Positions 17,001-25,222 of a stretch of 64,000 bases of DNA are shown in pieces. The DNA lies in assembly GCA_044375895.1 (NCBI GenBank), contig JBILLV010000012.1, positions 2,826-66,825 on the forward strand. The letters are read 5' to 3'. Source of the stretch: Polyangiales bacterium (GTDB lineage: Bacteria > Myxococcota_A > Polyangia > Polyangiales > Ga0077539). The notes beneath the pieces are model-generated. The model was not told where the DNA came from. It saw nothing but the letters and a program-made list of their open reading frames with translations, and ran no database searches. The translations under genes and the position numbers were made by a program. Numbering within the stretch: position 1 is the stretch's first letter; every line of letters begins with the position of its first letter.

Positions 17001-20000
17001 ACGGGCTGCGACGCGTCGAGTTCGAGTGCGTCCTTGTACCCATCGACCGCGCTCGGCAGCTCGCCCGTGCGCAGACGACGCAGTTCGGCGATCCGCACGA
17101 TCAGCGCGAGACGGTCGGCCGACTCGGTGGCCACCGCGAGGTCTTGTTCGAGGACGCCGAGGAGGTCGGCCCAGCGGTCGGAGACCTCGTAGAGCTTCGC
17201 CAGGGAGGCGTGAATCTCCCGATCGGGGCCGTAGCTGGCGAGCACGTCGGTGTAGAGCCCGACGGCCGCGGGGATGTCCCCGAGGCGGCCTTCGAGCACG
17301 CGGGCCGCCCGCACCTGGAGGGCCTTCTGTTCGGTCGCCGTGTCGGCGAGCTCGGCATCGCGGCGGAGCGTCGCCACGAGGTCGCTCCAGGCTTCCGTGT
17401 TCTGGTAGAGCCGCGCCAGGGCGCCGAGCGCCTCGCGGTCGGAGGGGTCGATGTCGAGGCGCGCCCGCTGGGCCGCGATGGCGCCCGGCAGGTCGCGCAG
17501 GTCGTCCTCACGGATCTGGCCCGCCTGCGAGTAGAGCGTGCGGCGCAGCGAGGGGTCGGACTCGTGCTTCGCCCGCAGCTCGAGCGCGTCCACGAGGCCC
17601 CGCGCGTCGCCGAGGCCCGTGTACAGCCGCTCGAGAGCGACCGCGGCCTGGAGCGTCACCTCGGTGTCTTCGCCGGCGACGTCGAGCAGCCGACGGTAGG
17701 TGGTCTTGGCCCGCTCGTGATCGGACAGGCGCTCGTCGTAGAGGGAGGCGAGGTCCTGCAGCAGCGGGACGCGGACGCTCGCGGCGCGCTCGTCGGCGGC
17801 GGCCTTCTCCAGCGCCTCGGCGGCGGCGTCGTCGCGCGAAGCCATCGCCGAGAGGCGCAGCAGCTCGGCGCGGATCGACTCGCTGGCGGGCTCGGCGAGG
17901 GTGGCCTCGCGGACGGCGTCGAACGCCCCCGCGGCGTCGTCGAGGACGAGCTCGCGGAGTTCTGCCACGCGGCGGTAGAGCTCGGCGCGGGCGTTGGGCT
18001 CGGCCGTCCCTTCGAGGCGGACGACCATCATGCGGACGAGGTCGCCCGCGCTCTTGTCGCCGTCGGCCTGGTAGAGCGGTTCGAGCACCGCGGCCGCGCG
18101 CAGGCGCAGCGCAGGGTTGGACACGAGGCGCTCGAGGCCCGCGCGGGCGCCGACATGGGCGGCCTCACGATCGACCACATGCTCGTAGTCCGAGAGGGCC
18201 CCCTCGGCGTCGCTGAGCTGCTTCTCACGCACCTCGCCGCGGCGGAAGAGGAGCTCGATGTCCCCCGTCCGGTCGAGGCCGTGCGTGAAGATCGTCGCGA
18301 GATCGCTCCAGCGCCCGAGGCGCGTGTAGAGGCGGTCGAGCGAGCGGAAGGCCTCGACGTTGTTCTCGTCGAGGTCGAGCACCCGGCGGTAGACGGCCGC
18401 GGCCTCGGAGGGCTTCTCGAGCACCTCCTCGAGCATGACCGCCTCCTCCTGGAGGAGCTCGACGCGGGCCCGCACGTCCGGCGTGCGGTCGACCCACGTG
18501 GCGTAGAGGGCGCGGAGGTCGTCCCAGCGCTCGCGCTCCTGGTAGAAGCGCTTGAGCGCGGGGAAGGCGTGCGCGTCGTCGCCCCCCGCATCGAGCACGA
18601 TGCGGTGGAAGCGCTCGGCCGAGTCGGGGTCGCCGTGGCGGTCGTCGTAGACCGCCGCCGCGCGGCGGGCGAGCTGAACGCGCACCGCGGGATCGAGGCC
18701 CGGCCGGTCGACGATCGACGCGAGGGTCTCGGCGAGCTCGCGGTTCCATCCGCCGACGGTGGCGAACTCCGCGAGGGTGTCGGCGAAGTCGTCCGAATCA
18801 GGCTGCTCGCCGAGGAGCTGCTGCAGCAGCGTGAAGGCCGCGCGCGACTCCTCCAGCCGCTCGCCGTGGACGCGCGCGAGGCGGAGGCCGAGGGCCCGGC
18901 GCTCGGCCGGGTCTTCCGTGGCGTCGAGCAGGATGCGCAGCGCCCGCGCGAGGCCCGCGTGCGCGTGGGTGGCCTCGTACTCGGGCTCCAGGATGCGCGC
19001 CGCGGTGACCTTCCACGCGCCGTCGTCGAGGAGAGCCTCCAGTGCACGGAGCGCGCCCGGGTGATGCGCCTCGAGCGCGAGCACCTCACGGAACGATTCG
19101 ATCGCCCCGCCCGTGTCGCCGAGCCGCTTCGCCTTGAGCTCGCCCAGCCGGAAAGCCAGCTCCGCGCGCTCGGCGCCCGATGCGGAGTCGCGGCGCTGCG
19201 CGAGGAGCCCGGAGAGCTCCTCCCAGCGACCGGCTCCCTCGGAGAGCCGCGAGAGCGCCTCGAGGGACTCCGCGTCCGCGGGGTCGGCCTCCAGGATGCG
19301 ACGGTAACGAACGCTCGCGGCGTCCGCGTCGGCGAGCTGCGTCTCCTCCATGCGAGCGGCTTCGACGAGCAGCGCGCGACGATCCGCGCCGTCCGACACG
19401 CGGGCGACACGGTGGTCGAACAGCGCGCGGAGATCGCCCCAGCGCCCGGCCCGGCGGAGCAGCCGATCGAGCGTGGTGACGATCGCGGCGTCGTCGGGGG
19501 CCTCGGCCAGCGCCGTCTGGTAGCGCCCGATGGCCTTGTCGATGAGGTTGAGCCGGTCGGCCTCCACCTCGGCGGCCTTGTCGCGCAGACGGGCTGCCTC
19601 GGCGGGATCGCTCACCGCCGCGGCGCGCGCATCGAGCGTCTCGACGAGCTCGCGCCACGCGCCGGCGTCCGCCGCGCTCTGCTCCAGCGTGCGCTCGAGG
19701 TCGGCGTCGTCCGGGCGAATCTGGTAGGCGCGGAGGGCCCAGCGGAAGGCCGCGGGGCGGTCGTTGAGCCGCGTCGCCGCCAGCTCGCGGAGCTTGTGCA
19801 GGTAGGCGAGCCGTTCGGTGGAGTCATCCGCCGGGACGGCGTCGAGGAGCACCTCGTAGAGCTGACCGAGGCGCTGCCACTTCTCCTCATCGAGGTAGAT
19901 GGGCACCAGGGCCGATGCGGCGCGGAGGTTCTTCGGCTCCACCCCGAGGACGCGCTCGTAGGCGCGGAAGGCGCGCGTCGGCTGACCGAGGCGCTCTTCG

Positions 20001-23000
20001 AACACCTTCGCCGCGCGGAACGACAGGGCCACCTTCGCCGCGTCCCCGTCGGCCCGCTCCGCGCTCGCGTTGAGCACGTCGGCGAGGCCTTCGAAGTCGC
20101 CCGCGGAGGCGTAGAGCTCCTCCAGCGTGTCCCACTCGCCCGCGGCCGTGTAGGCGTCGCGCAGCACGCGCATCGCCTTCGGGTGGCCCGGCTTCACCGC
20201 GAGCACACGGCGCCACGCGTCGATGCTCCGCGCCGGGTCGCTGAGCCGCTCGCCGTACACCGCGCCGAGCTTCATCAGCACGTTGACCTTCGCGTCGGCG
20301 TCGCCGGCCTCTTCAGCGCGGCGCTCCAACACGTCGGCGAGGCCGGCGTAGTCCTTCTCCCGCTCAGTGAGCTTCTCGAGGGCGTCGAGGGCGCCGGGCG
20401 TGTTGCGGTCGAGCTCGAGGGCCTCGCGCCAGAGCGCGATGGACTCGACGGGCGACGACAGCTTCTCCGCGGCCAGGCGCGCGAGCTCGACCACCGCGTC
20501 GCGACGACGGGTCCCATCGAGCATATCGGCCTCGCGGCGCGACACTTCGAAGAGCTGACGCCACGCGCGCCGACGACCGTAGAGGTCCTTGAGCTGCGCG
20601 ATCGCGTCGGCGTCGCGCGGGTCGATCGCGAGGATCTGCTCGAGCGGCTTGGTGGCGTTGTTGACGTTGTTGAAGCGGTCGAGCCAGATCCAGGCGATCT
20701 TGCGGTAGAGCGTGACGCGCTCGCTCGGGTCGGTGCTGTGCTCGGCCTGCTGGTCGAGCACCTTCACCACGTCCGTGTGCCGACCGAGCTTCTCGTAGCT
20801 CGCCGCCAGCGCGACGAGCGCGGCGCGGTCGCCCGGCTCGATCGCGAGGATCGAGTTGTACGTCTGGACCACCATCGGCTCCTGGCCGAGACGATCCTGG
20901 TAGACCTCCGCCATCTCGCGCAGAAGCTCGAGCTTCCGCTCACGGTGCGTGATGACCCCGTCAGGGCCCGTGCGGACGCCGCCGAGCGAGTCGATCTCCT
21001 GGCGATGGAGTTCGACGAGGTTGGCCCAGCGACCGGCGGCGGTGTAGAGCCGTCCGAGCGCGACGCGGGCTTCGGCGTTGGCGGGCTCCTGGCGAAGCAC
21101 GAGCTTCCAGGCGTCGATGGCCTTGTCGGTTTGCCCCGACGCCTCGGCGGCGTGGGCGGCCTCGAGCGCCTGCACCCCACGCGCGGCGGTGGCGGGCTTG
21201 GCGGCTGCGGGCGCAGCGACGGGGCGCGGCGCGGCGGGTGCCACGACCGCTGCGGTCTGCGTGCTCGACGGGCGAACAGGCGGGTCGGCCGGGCGCGGCG
21301 GCGAGGGCTCGGTGAGCGGTGCGGTGTCGGTCGCCGGACGCGTCGGACCGAGCGGCGCCGTCTCCACGGCCGAGCGCGGCGGCGAAGGCACCGTGAGCGG
21401 CGCCGTCTCCAGCGCCGACATCGCGTCGTCGTCATGGAGCGGCGTGGTGTCGAGCGCGCTTCGAGTGGCCGAGGCATCCCCCAACGGCGCGGTTTCGACC
21501 GCCGAGCGGACGGGGGCCTCCACCGCGACAGGCTTCGGTGCTTCCACCACGACAGGCTTCGGCGCTTCCACCACCACGGGCTTCGGCGCTTCCACCACCA
21601 CGGGCTTCGGCGCTTCCGCGACGGGCGACGGCTCGACAGGGGCGGTCTCCTTGCCCTTCTCGATCATCGCAGCGAGCAGCGCCGACGAGGCCGCAGGAGC
21701 CTCCACGACCGTCGCGTTTTCGTCCGTCGCTTCGCGAGGCGCGACCACCGCGGGGGCGACCGAGCGAACCGGCTCACCGCCACCGAGCACGTGCGTGCGT
21801 ACGATGCGCACGGCGCCGCTCGCAGCGGGCTGCGCGGCGGGCTGCGCGGCGCGGAGCATGTCGAGGGTGATCCCCGCGGCGGGCATCTCCACGGTCGCCC
21901 CGGCGTCGCCGTCATCGACGTCGACGCTGAACTCCTCCATCCCCGACGTGTCGAACTCGACGTCGTCGCCGATGGAGTCCTCCAACAGCGGAGACATCTC
22001 GACCACCGTCGCCTGGTGCTCGAAGAAGAACGACTGGGCGATGGGGTTGTCCGGCGCGAGCTCGAGGATCTTCCGGAAGTGCGGCTCCGCCGAGCGGGGG
22101 TCGTGACGCATGCGCCAGTGCGCCATGCCCGTGAGCGCGAGCAGGCCCACGTCGCGGGCGTTTGCGGGCGACGCGCGGAGCTGCCCCTCGTAGAAGTCGA
22201 TGAGGTCGTTGATGCGCCCCTGCTCCGTCAGCAACGCTGCGAGGAAGCGGGTGGCGTCGACGTGCCCGGTGTCGATGCTGAGCGCCTTGCGGTAGAGGCG
22301 CTCGGCGTCGGCGAACTGCCGCAGGCGCCCCGCGTACGTGCGGGCCGCGCGGAGCATGAGGTTCACCTTCGCGTCGGACGCGGTCACGGCCTCGGCGCTG
22401 CGCTCGAGAAGCGCCGCGAGGTCGGCCCAGCGGTCGCCGCGCTTGCGGAGCACGCGCTCGTAGAGCTGCACCGCGCGGAGGTTGCCCGGGTCGACGGAGA
22501 GCGCCGACTCGAAGAGCTGGTCGGCCTCACGGTCGCGACCCTTGCCCTTGTACTGGAACACGATCCCGGCCGCGCTCGCGAGGTGCGAGGCGATGAGGGT
22601 CGGGTCGGTGGTGTCGTTCTCCGCGTGGCGCTTGTAGGCCGCGAGGATCTCCTTCCACCGCGCCTTCTTCGACGTGAGCCGGTCCTTCAGCTCCGCCGCG
22701 TCGGCGTGGCCGCCGAGGCCCATCAGCGCCTCGACCGACGCGAGCGCCGTGCGGTCGTCGAGCAGCTCCTCCTCGGAGACGCGCGCGCGCTCCCGCAGGA
22801 GCCTCGCCTTCGCGCCGGGTTCGGGCGTGAGCTCGACCTCGACGTCGAGCACACGAAGCACGGCCTCAGCCTCGCCACGCTCCGCGAACATGAGGCGTGA
22901 CTCCGCCAGCATGAACGGAAGCTCCTCGCCGAGCTCGTGAAGCTCGCCGCTGATCGCGCGCTCCTCGAGGCTGATCCATGCCTTCTCGTTCTCCGGATCA

Positions 23001-23044
23001 TCCAACAGGGAGCCGAGCAGTCTACGGACCTTGTCTGCGCTCAT
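11057..23044 (-). CDS. giant tetratricopeptide (TPR)-repeat protein, 3,995 aa
   Basis: Single uninterrupted ORF. It has an N-terminal TPR-like region, an acidic/Pro-rich linker of about 300 aa, then more than 3,000 aa of repeating W..L..LLER....D...R..LL...A.L.E..L.D...AI.AY..VL..DP....AL.AL.RLY...GRW units. Composition and high GC3 support this strand over the mirror ORF. Confidence 0.9.
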   Translation of the reverse strand: MSADKVRRLLGSLLDDPENEKAWISLEERAISGELHELGEELPFMLAESRLMFAERGEAEAVLRVLDVEVELTPEPGAKARLLRERARVSEEELLDDRTALASVEALMGLGGHADAAELKDRLTSKKARWKEILAAYKRHAENDTTDPTLIASHLASAAGIVFQYKGKGRDREADQLFESALSVDPGNLRAVQLYERVLRKRGDRWADLAALLERSAEAVTASDAKVNLMLRAARTYAGRLRQFADAERLYRKALSIDTGHVDATRFLAALLTEQGRINDLIDFYEGQLRASPANARDVGLLALTGMAHWRMRHDPRSAEPHFRKILELAPDNPIAQSFFFEHQATVVEMSPLLEDSIGDDVEFDTSGMEEFSVDVDDGDAGATVEMPAAGITLDMLRAAQPAAQPAASGAVRIVRTHVLGGGEPVRSVAPAVVAPREATDENATVVEAPAASSALLAAMIEKGKETAPVEPSPVAEAPKPVVVEAPKPVVVEAPKPVVVEAPKPVAVEAPVRSAVETAPLGDASATRSALDTTPLHDDDAMSALETAPLTVPSPPRSAVETAPLGPTRPATDTAPLTEPSPPRPADPPVRPSSTQTAAVVAPAAPRPVAAPAAAKPATAARGVQALEAAHAAEASGQTDKAIDAWKLVLRQEPANAEARVALGRLYTAAGRWANLVELHRQEIDSLGGVRTGPDGVITHRERKLELLREMAEVYQDRLGQEPMVVQTYNSILAIEPGDRAALVALAASYEKLGRHTDVVKVLDQQAEHSTDPSERVTLYRKIAWIWLDRFNNVNNATKPLEQILAIDPRDADAIAQLKDLYGRRRAWRQLFEVSRREADMLDGTRRRDAVVELARLAAEKLSSPVESIALWREALELDRNTPGALDALEKLTEREKDYAGLADVLERRAEEAGDADAKVNVLMKLGAVYGERLSDPARSIDAWRRVLAVKPGHPKAMRVLRDAYTAAGEWDTLEELYASAGDFEGLADVLNASAERADGDAAKVALSFRAAKVFEERLGQPTRAFRAYERVLGVEPKNLRAASALVPIYLDEEKWQRLGQLYEVLLDAVPADDSTERLAYLHKLRELAATRLNDRPAAFRWALRAYQIRPDDADLERTLEQSAADAGAWRELVETLDARAAAVSDPAEAARLRDKAAEVEADRLNLIDKAIGRYQTALAEAPDDAAIVTTLDRLLRRAGRWGDLRALFDHRVARVSDGADRRALLVEAARMEETQLADADAASVRYRRILEADPADAESLEALSRLSEGAGRWEELSGLLAQRRDSASGAERAELAFRLGELKAKRLGDTGGAIESFREVLALEAHHPGALRALEALLDDGAWKVTAARILEPEYEATHAHAGLARALRILLDATEDPAERRALGLRLARVHGERLEESRAAFTLLQQLLGEQPDSDDFADTLAEFATVGGWNRELAETLASIVDRPGLDPAVRVQLARRAAAVYDDRHGDPDSAERFHRIVLDAGGDDAHAFPALKRFYQERERWDDLRALYATWVDRTPDVRARVELLQEEAVMLEEVLEKPSEAAAVYRRVLDLDENNVEAFRSLDRLYTRLGRWSDLATIFTHGLDRTGDIELLFRRGEVREKQLSDAEGALSDYEHVVDREAAHVGARAGLERLVSNPALRLRAAAVLEPLYQADGDKSAGDLVRMMVVRLEGTAEPNARAELYRRVAELRELVLDDAAGAFDAVREATLAEPASESIRAELLRLSAMASRDDAAAEALEKAAADERAASVRVPLLQDLASLYDERLSDHERAKTTYRRLLDVAGEDTEVTLQAAVALERLYTGLGDARGLVDALELRAKHESDPSLRRTLYSQAGQIREDDLRDLPGAIAAQRARLDIDPSDREALGALARLYQNTEAWSDLVATLRRDAELADTATEQKALQVRAARVLEGRLGDIPAAVGLYTDVLASYGPDREIHASLAKLYEVSDRWADLLGVLEQDLAVATESADRLALIVRIAELRRLRTGELPSAVDGYKDALELDASQPVARAALEALLSEREPGVGLAAARALDPVLQAEQSWEKLVGVLERIAADTDDPEERRRSLARAADVCEIGMNDPGRAFGYASRELRESLAEPDVARRIDQVEALARASGRHADLAAALKDAAPELLDPELQISVLMKVAELSRRHLDDRTSARAYYEKALDQRPDHEPALDALETLHEEGKEHVELLAVLRRKTDLAATDEARRALLRKQAGVSERELNDRPAAAQAHEAIMAMGFDRDAATALERIYAAEARWRDLSDLLESQLALADADGADLHYRLGRVSMDHLADADRALDHFREVLDQAPDHGPTVEALEALGGREGYGARTAAMLEPIYLARGDNPKLIGALEARIAAEDDVIARKELLTRLGMLYEEGLGDLDHALMTYARVFREELGDRDTWATMARIAARLGRWDRLAEIYAAALEETTSDDEVTAELSFQTARLFDERVGDTARARTYYRRALAFDPSRDEVFAAIEALLTRENAHRELLALYREAADRADDVEARKGYLFKIAAIDESALNDAQRAIADYREILEVDPADVRAVTALDALLARTEQWTDLAELLEKRIADAVSSDERCNLRYRLGRLRVERLRDPQGGVDAFREILDERRDRRDAVSALEQIADHRPELRLQVVETLEPLYRETDDWRKLVAVLGVRLAATTDRVDRAQLLREIGAIKDTRARDIEGAFAAYSQAFAGDAGDGEAREAVERLAAEHTLWDKLVMTYETALAATDDVATKTDLLRAVAQTHDQHRDDPRAAIDAYNRLFTLDDSQLDVLDLLENLHVLLSDWSGHVEVLERKVARTLDDEDRKRLLHTIGDSQRDMLGNPALAISAFRRALDIDPADVFALEALDGLYTSAGDAAELAGVLSQRLSIEGDAEVRRETALRLGRLWETDLRDPQQAIDAYRRCLDDAPTDRTAILALERLYQQQSLWSDLQENLRAQVAFAEDDRTRAPLLLRLGNLLATHLGDPDGALETWREVLSVDPSSEQAIASVRALADNPDQRAAAVEILEPIFRNASRWSDLVSVLELKIAGIDDPASRLTELRGLAEVHESGRRDPASAFEAYRRALHEGTDDRSIRDELERLAAPLNRWPELVSVFEAEAADANDPTVGRDLSVRAAELAAHHLGDSARATRSYRKALDIAGDDDAVLEPLDAIYVQTGEWTELVEVLERRVSIAGDPQLLDYLEVRIGDARERHFHDPAGALPAYRNVVERTPSHPQALAGLERLLAAPAVRADVIDVLEQAYQRVDDNPKLAWLLGLRVEAADLSTDKVRLLGDLARLREDRLGDLSGAFDASVLAFRLDPRDESVLAEVERLAPSAGAWSRLVGVMEDVLAQHGDLAPTESAALNLRAAGWYQNHIGDARRAEERLVAALAAEPESGEALEMLEGLQRAPGRERDLVATLRRRAELELDSEARKGMLREASEIAEVRLGDVDAAAELVSSLLDTDDADVVALDTLARLRTAQGRHEEVADLLARRARLTDDPAEATSMRRRVAELYAGPIADADRAVQAYRELLDFEPNDGPAREALERIYEGAGRWRDLEEALRGRLDVAVSTEERAATRLRLAKLAEVRFQSNRDAVEYLREVIDETPTHVEAGRELERLYTTERRWADLGELLERRADDCAAEGDGAGELAALVRIGELNERELKNVSRAVELYERVLERDPEHAGALAALARLAEADGQWERAVEMLNRSLDRSPPGAASAEAALHVAAILGQRLNDEPGMERALHRALAFDETCRGALEQIKGLALKRGDSLTLAAVMEREVPLLADAKAKVAQYRSLAEIARDKLGDPGRAAAYMEQASALAPDDREILGALVDLYNESGRQSDAVPILERIIASYGTRRSKDLAQWQHRLGRAFEAMGDTAAALTQYDAAFKIDLTSAPILRDLGLLCLKTGDLERAQKTFRALLLQRLDASAGITKADVYYYLGETLSRQNDAPKAIGMLERALENDKTHAHAAALLARLKGG
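21531..21626 (-). repeat. 24-nt tandem repeat x4 encoding (E)APKPVVV(E) inside the TPR protein linker
   Basis: Plus strand units ggcttcggtgcttccaccacgaca / ggcttcggcgcttccaccaccacg (x2, identical) / ggcttcggcgcttccgcgacgggc at 21531-21554, 21555-21578, 21579-21602 and 21603-21626. Confidence 0.85.
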
Positions 23045-23518
23045 CGCCTTGCGTACTCCGATGCACCACTTCGGGGGTGACAGGACCGTCGCGAGAGACG
23101 CGCGGTTGAACGCGCATCCTCACGGACGCACCAGGCGTCGAGAGCGTCAAAAAACTTCGCGTTTTCAGCCGTCTCGTCGCCGTGGCAGGGCACGCTATCG
23201 CAGCGTCCGCGCGCCCCGCAAGCGGCAATTTCAGACCGCTCCGCGTGCGTGCCCCATGGCGCCGTCCGACCCGCCGCCGATTTCTTGACCGGGTCACTTC
23301 TGAACTGTTACCGGGTCGCCTGCCTGACACCCCGCCGACACCCGTCGGTGGGCGTGGAGACGCGGTCGGCGCGGTCGCTGTGCCACGGTGCAACGTGGAC
23401 ATTTCAGCGCCGGAGGCGGACAGGCAGCGAAATTTTCGGACACTCGCCCGGTGGTACGCCCCCTGCGAGGAGCCCAGTGGCGGCCGCGAACCGCGGCGGA
23501 TGGAAGGAAGTGGTCACG
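23045..23518. promoter_or_regulatory. 474-bp divergent intergenic region between the giant TPR gene and ddl
   Basis: The largest non-coding gap in the window, visibly lower GC in places (caaaaaacttcgcgttttcag at about 23147). It contains TGACC-G-GGTCA (23286-23296) and an ACCGGGTC direct repeat 22 nt apart. The Shine-Dalgarno-like ggaaggaag is at 23500-23508. No promoter could be assigned confidently. Confidence 0.4.
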
Positions 23519-24532
23519 ATGGCGCGAGTAGGAGTGCTCCTCGGTGGAATCTCGGCGGAGCGTGAGGTTTCTCTCCGGTCGGGTGAGGCGATCGTGCAGG
23601 CGCTGCGGGCGCGGGGGCACGAGGCGCTCCCGATCCTGGTGGACCGTGACATCGACGTGGTGCTCCGCCGGACGCCCATCGACGTCGCCTTCCTCGCGCT
23701 GCACGGGCGCTTCGGCGAAGACGGGTGCGTCCAGGGCCTGCTCGAGTGGCTCGGCATCCCGTACACGGGCTCTGGCGTGATGGCGAGCGCCCTCGCGATG
23801 GACAAGCTCAAGGCGAAGGAGCTGTTTCGCCTCCACAACGTGCCCACGCCGCCCTACTACGACGTGTCGGCGGGCGTGGCCGACGACGAGCTCGAGGAGC
23901 GCCACGGCTCGTTCGGCTTCCCCGTGATGGTGAAGCCCCGGCGTGAAGGCAGCTCCATCGGCGTGTCGCGCGCGACCTCGATGGGCGAGCTGCGCGACGC
24001 CGTCGACCTCGCGCTCCAGCACGACGACGGCGCGATCGTCGAGCGCTACATCAAGGGCCGCGAGGTCCACGTCGGGATCGTCAACGGCCGCGTCCTCGGA
24101 GCGATCGAGATCGTCCCGCGGCGTCCCTTCTTCGACTACCAGGCGAAGACGCAGCGCGGGATGTGCGAGTACTTCTTCCCGGCGCGCCTCGCCCCGACCC
24201 GCTACCAGGGTGTGATGCGCCTCGCCGAGCGCGCCCACCACGCCCTCGGCTGCGCGGGCGTGACGCGCGTCAACCTCCTCGTCACCGAGAGCGAGAACGA
24301 GTACGTCCTCGAGGTCAACACCCTCCCGGGGATGACCCCCACGTCGCTCCTCCCGAAGATCGCCGCGGGCGCGGGGATGGACTTCGGCGCCCTCTGTGAG
24401 GAGATGCTGCGCTCGGCGCGGCTCCACACGATGACGCCGTCGCGCGCGGCCTCGTCGGGCGCCTCCTCCGCCACGTCCAGCGGCATCACCAGCACCCTCG
24501 CCGGCGCCGCCAACCGCATCGCCGCGGCTTGA
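23519..24532 (+). CDS. ddl: D-alanine--D-alanine ligase
   Basis: ATG at 23519 after the ggaaggaag RBS. MARVGVLLGGISAEREVSLRSG..., ALHGRFGEDGCVQGLLE, PVMVKPRREGSSIGV, EVNTLPGMT. Classic Ddl/ATP-grasp strings. Confidence 0.92.
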   Translation: MARVGVLLGGISAEREVSLRSGEAIVQALRARGHEALPILVDRDIDVVLRRTPIDVAFLALHGRFGEDGCVQGLLEWLGIPYTGSGVMASALAMDKLKAKELFRLHNVPTPPYYDVSAGVADDELEERHGSFGFPVMVKPRREGSSIGVSRATSMGELRDAVDLALQHDDGAIVERYIKGREVHVGIVNGRVLGAIEIVPRRPFFDYQAKTQRGMCEYFFPARLAPTRYQGVMRLAERAHHALGCAGVTRVNLLVTESENEYVLEVNTLPGMTPTSLLPKIAAGAGMDFGALCEEMLRSARLHTMTPSRAASSGASSATSSGITSTLAGAANRIAAA

Positions 24533-24565
24533 CATCGCCGCCGACTTCAACAGGCAATACGCGCC

Positions 24566-25201
24566 ATGAAGTCGGACGATCTCCCCCTCCCCCGGCGCAC
24601 CGCCGCCGCCTCTGGCCTCGCCGTCCGCCCCGACGTGCTCGTCGCGCTCTTCGCCGCGCGTGTCGCCGAGGTCGATCCCGACCGCGCCATCCTCGTGCTC
24701 CGGGCGGCCAGCGACGTGCTCACGCGGCGGATGCGCGAGGTGCACCCGGCAGCCGTGCTCCGGATGACCGGCCTCGATTTTGGCCGCGACGCGTCGAAGT
24801 CTTCCCGCGACGAGCTCCACACCCGCGTCGAGGGGACGCTCGAACTCCCCCTCGCCCCCGAGCTCGACTGGTGGGCCCGCGCCCAGCTCGCCGCGCAGGT
24901 CACCGTGCTCGCACGCATCCTCGCGGGGGAGGCCCGCAAGCAGAAGCCCGTGATCGACATCGCCTTCCAGCAGCCCGTCGCGCTCGTTCGCGAGCCCGAG
25001 CGCCATCGGGGCGAGGTGCTCCGTCGCTGGGTCACCCGGTGCAACGAGCTCGCGGCGGCCGCGCAGAGCGAGCGCTTCCCGCTCCAGGTGACCGCGTGCG
25101 AACCGCCGGGCGAGGTCACGCAGACGGCGGTGTCCGTGGAGGAGGTCCGACTCTCGATCACGCTCGACGGCCGCATCGAGGCCCTGCCGTCCCGGCCATG
25201 A
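24566..25201 (+). CDS. hypothetical protein (211 aa)
   Basis: ATG 33 nt after ddl. High GC3 and balanced composition. No family recognised. Confidence 0.6.
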   Translation: MKSDDLPLPRRTAAASGLAVRPDVLVALFAARVAEVDPDRAILVLRAASDVLTRRMREVHPAAVLRMTGLDFGRDASKSSRDELHTRVEGTLELPLAPELDWWARAQLAAQVTVLARILAGEARKQKPVIDIAFQQPVALVREPERHRGEVLRRWVTRCNELAAAAQSERFPLQVTACEPPGEVTQTAVSVEEVRLSITLDGRIEALPSRP

Positions 25202-25222
25202 AAGTCTGATAGGAGTGTCGTC

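Noticed and set aside
11000-22900. A 3,966-aa ORF on the plus strand, almost as long as the giant TPR gene.
   Set aside because: It is codon-aligned and antisense to the minus-strand gene (11000 and 11057 differ by 57 = 19 codons). It therefore stays open simply because the real gene avoids TTA, CTA and TCA codons. It closes where the sense gene uses TCA (GAG TCA CGC near 22900). Its product is R/G/V/E-rich with no repeat logic, whereas the minus-strand product is a coherent TPR array.
23182-23201. A TGGCAG...GC sequence resembling a sigma-54 promoter.
   Set aside because: The GG-to-GC spacing is wrong. GC falls 10 nt, not 12 nt, after the GG, and the expected TTGC position reads TA.
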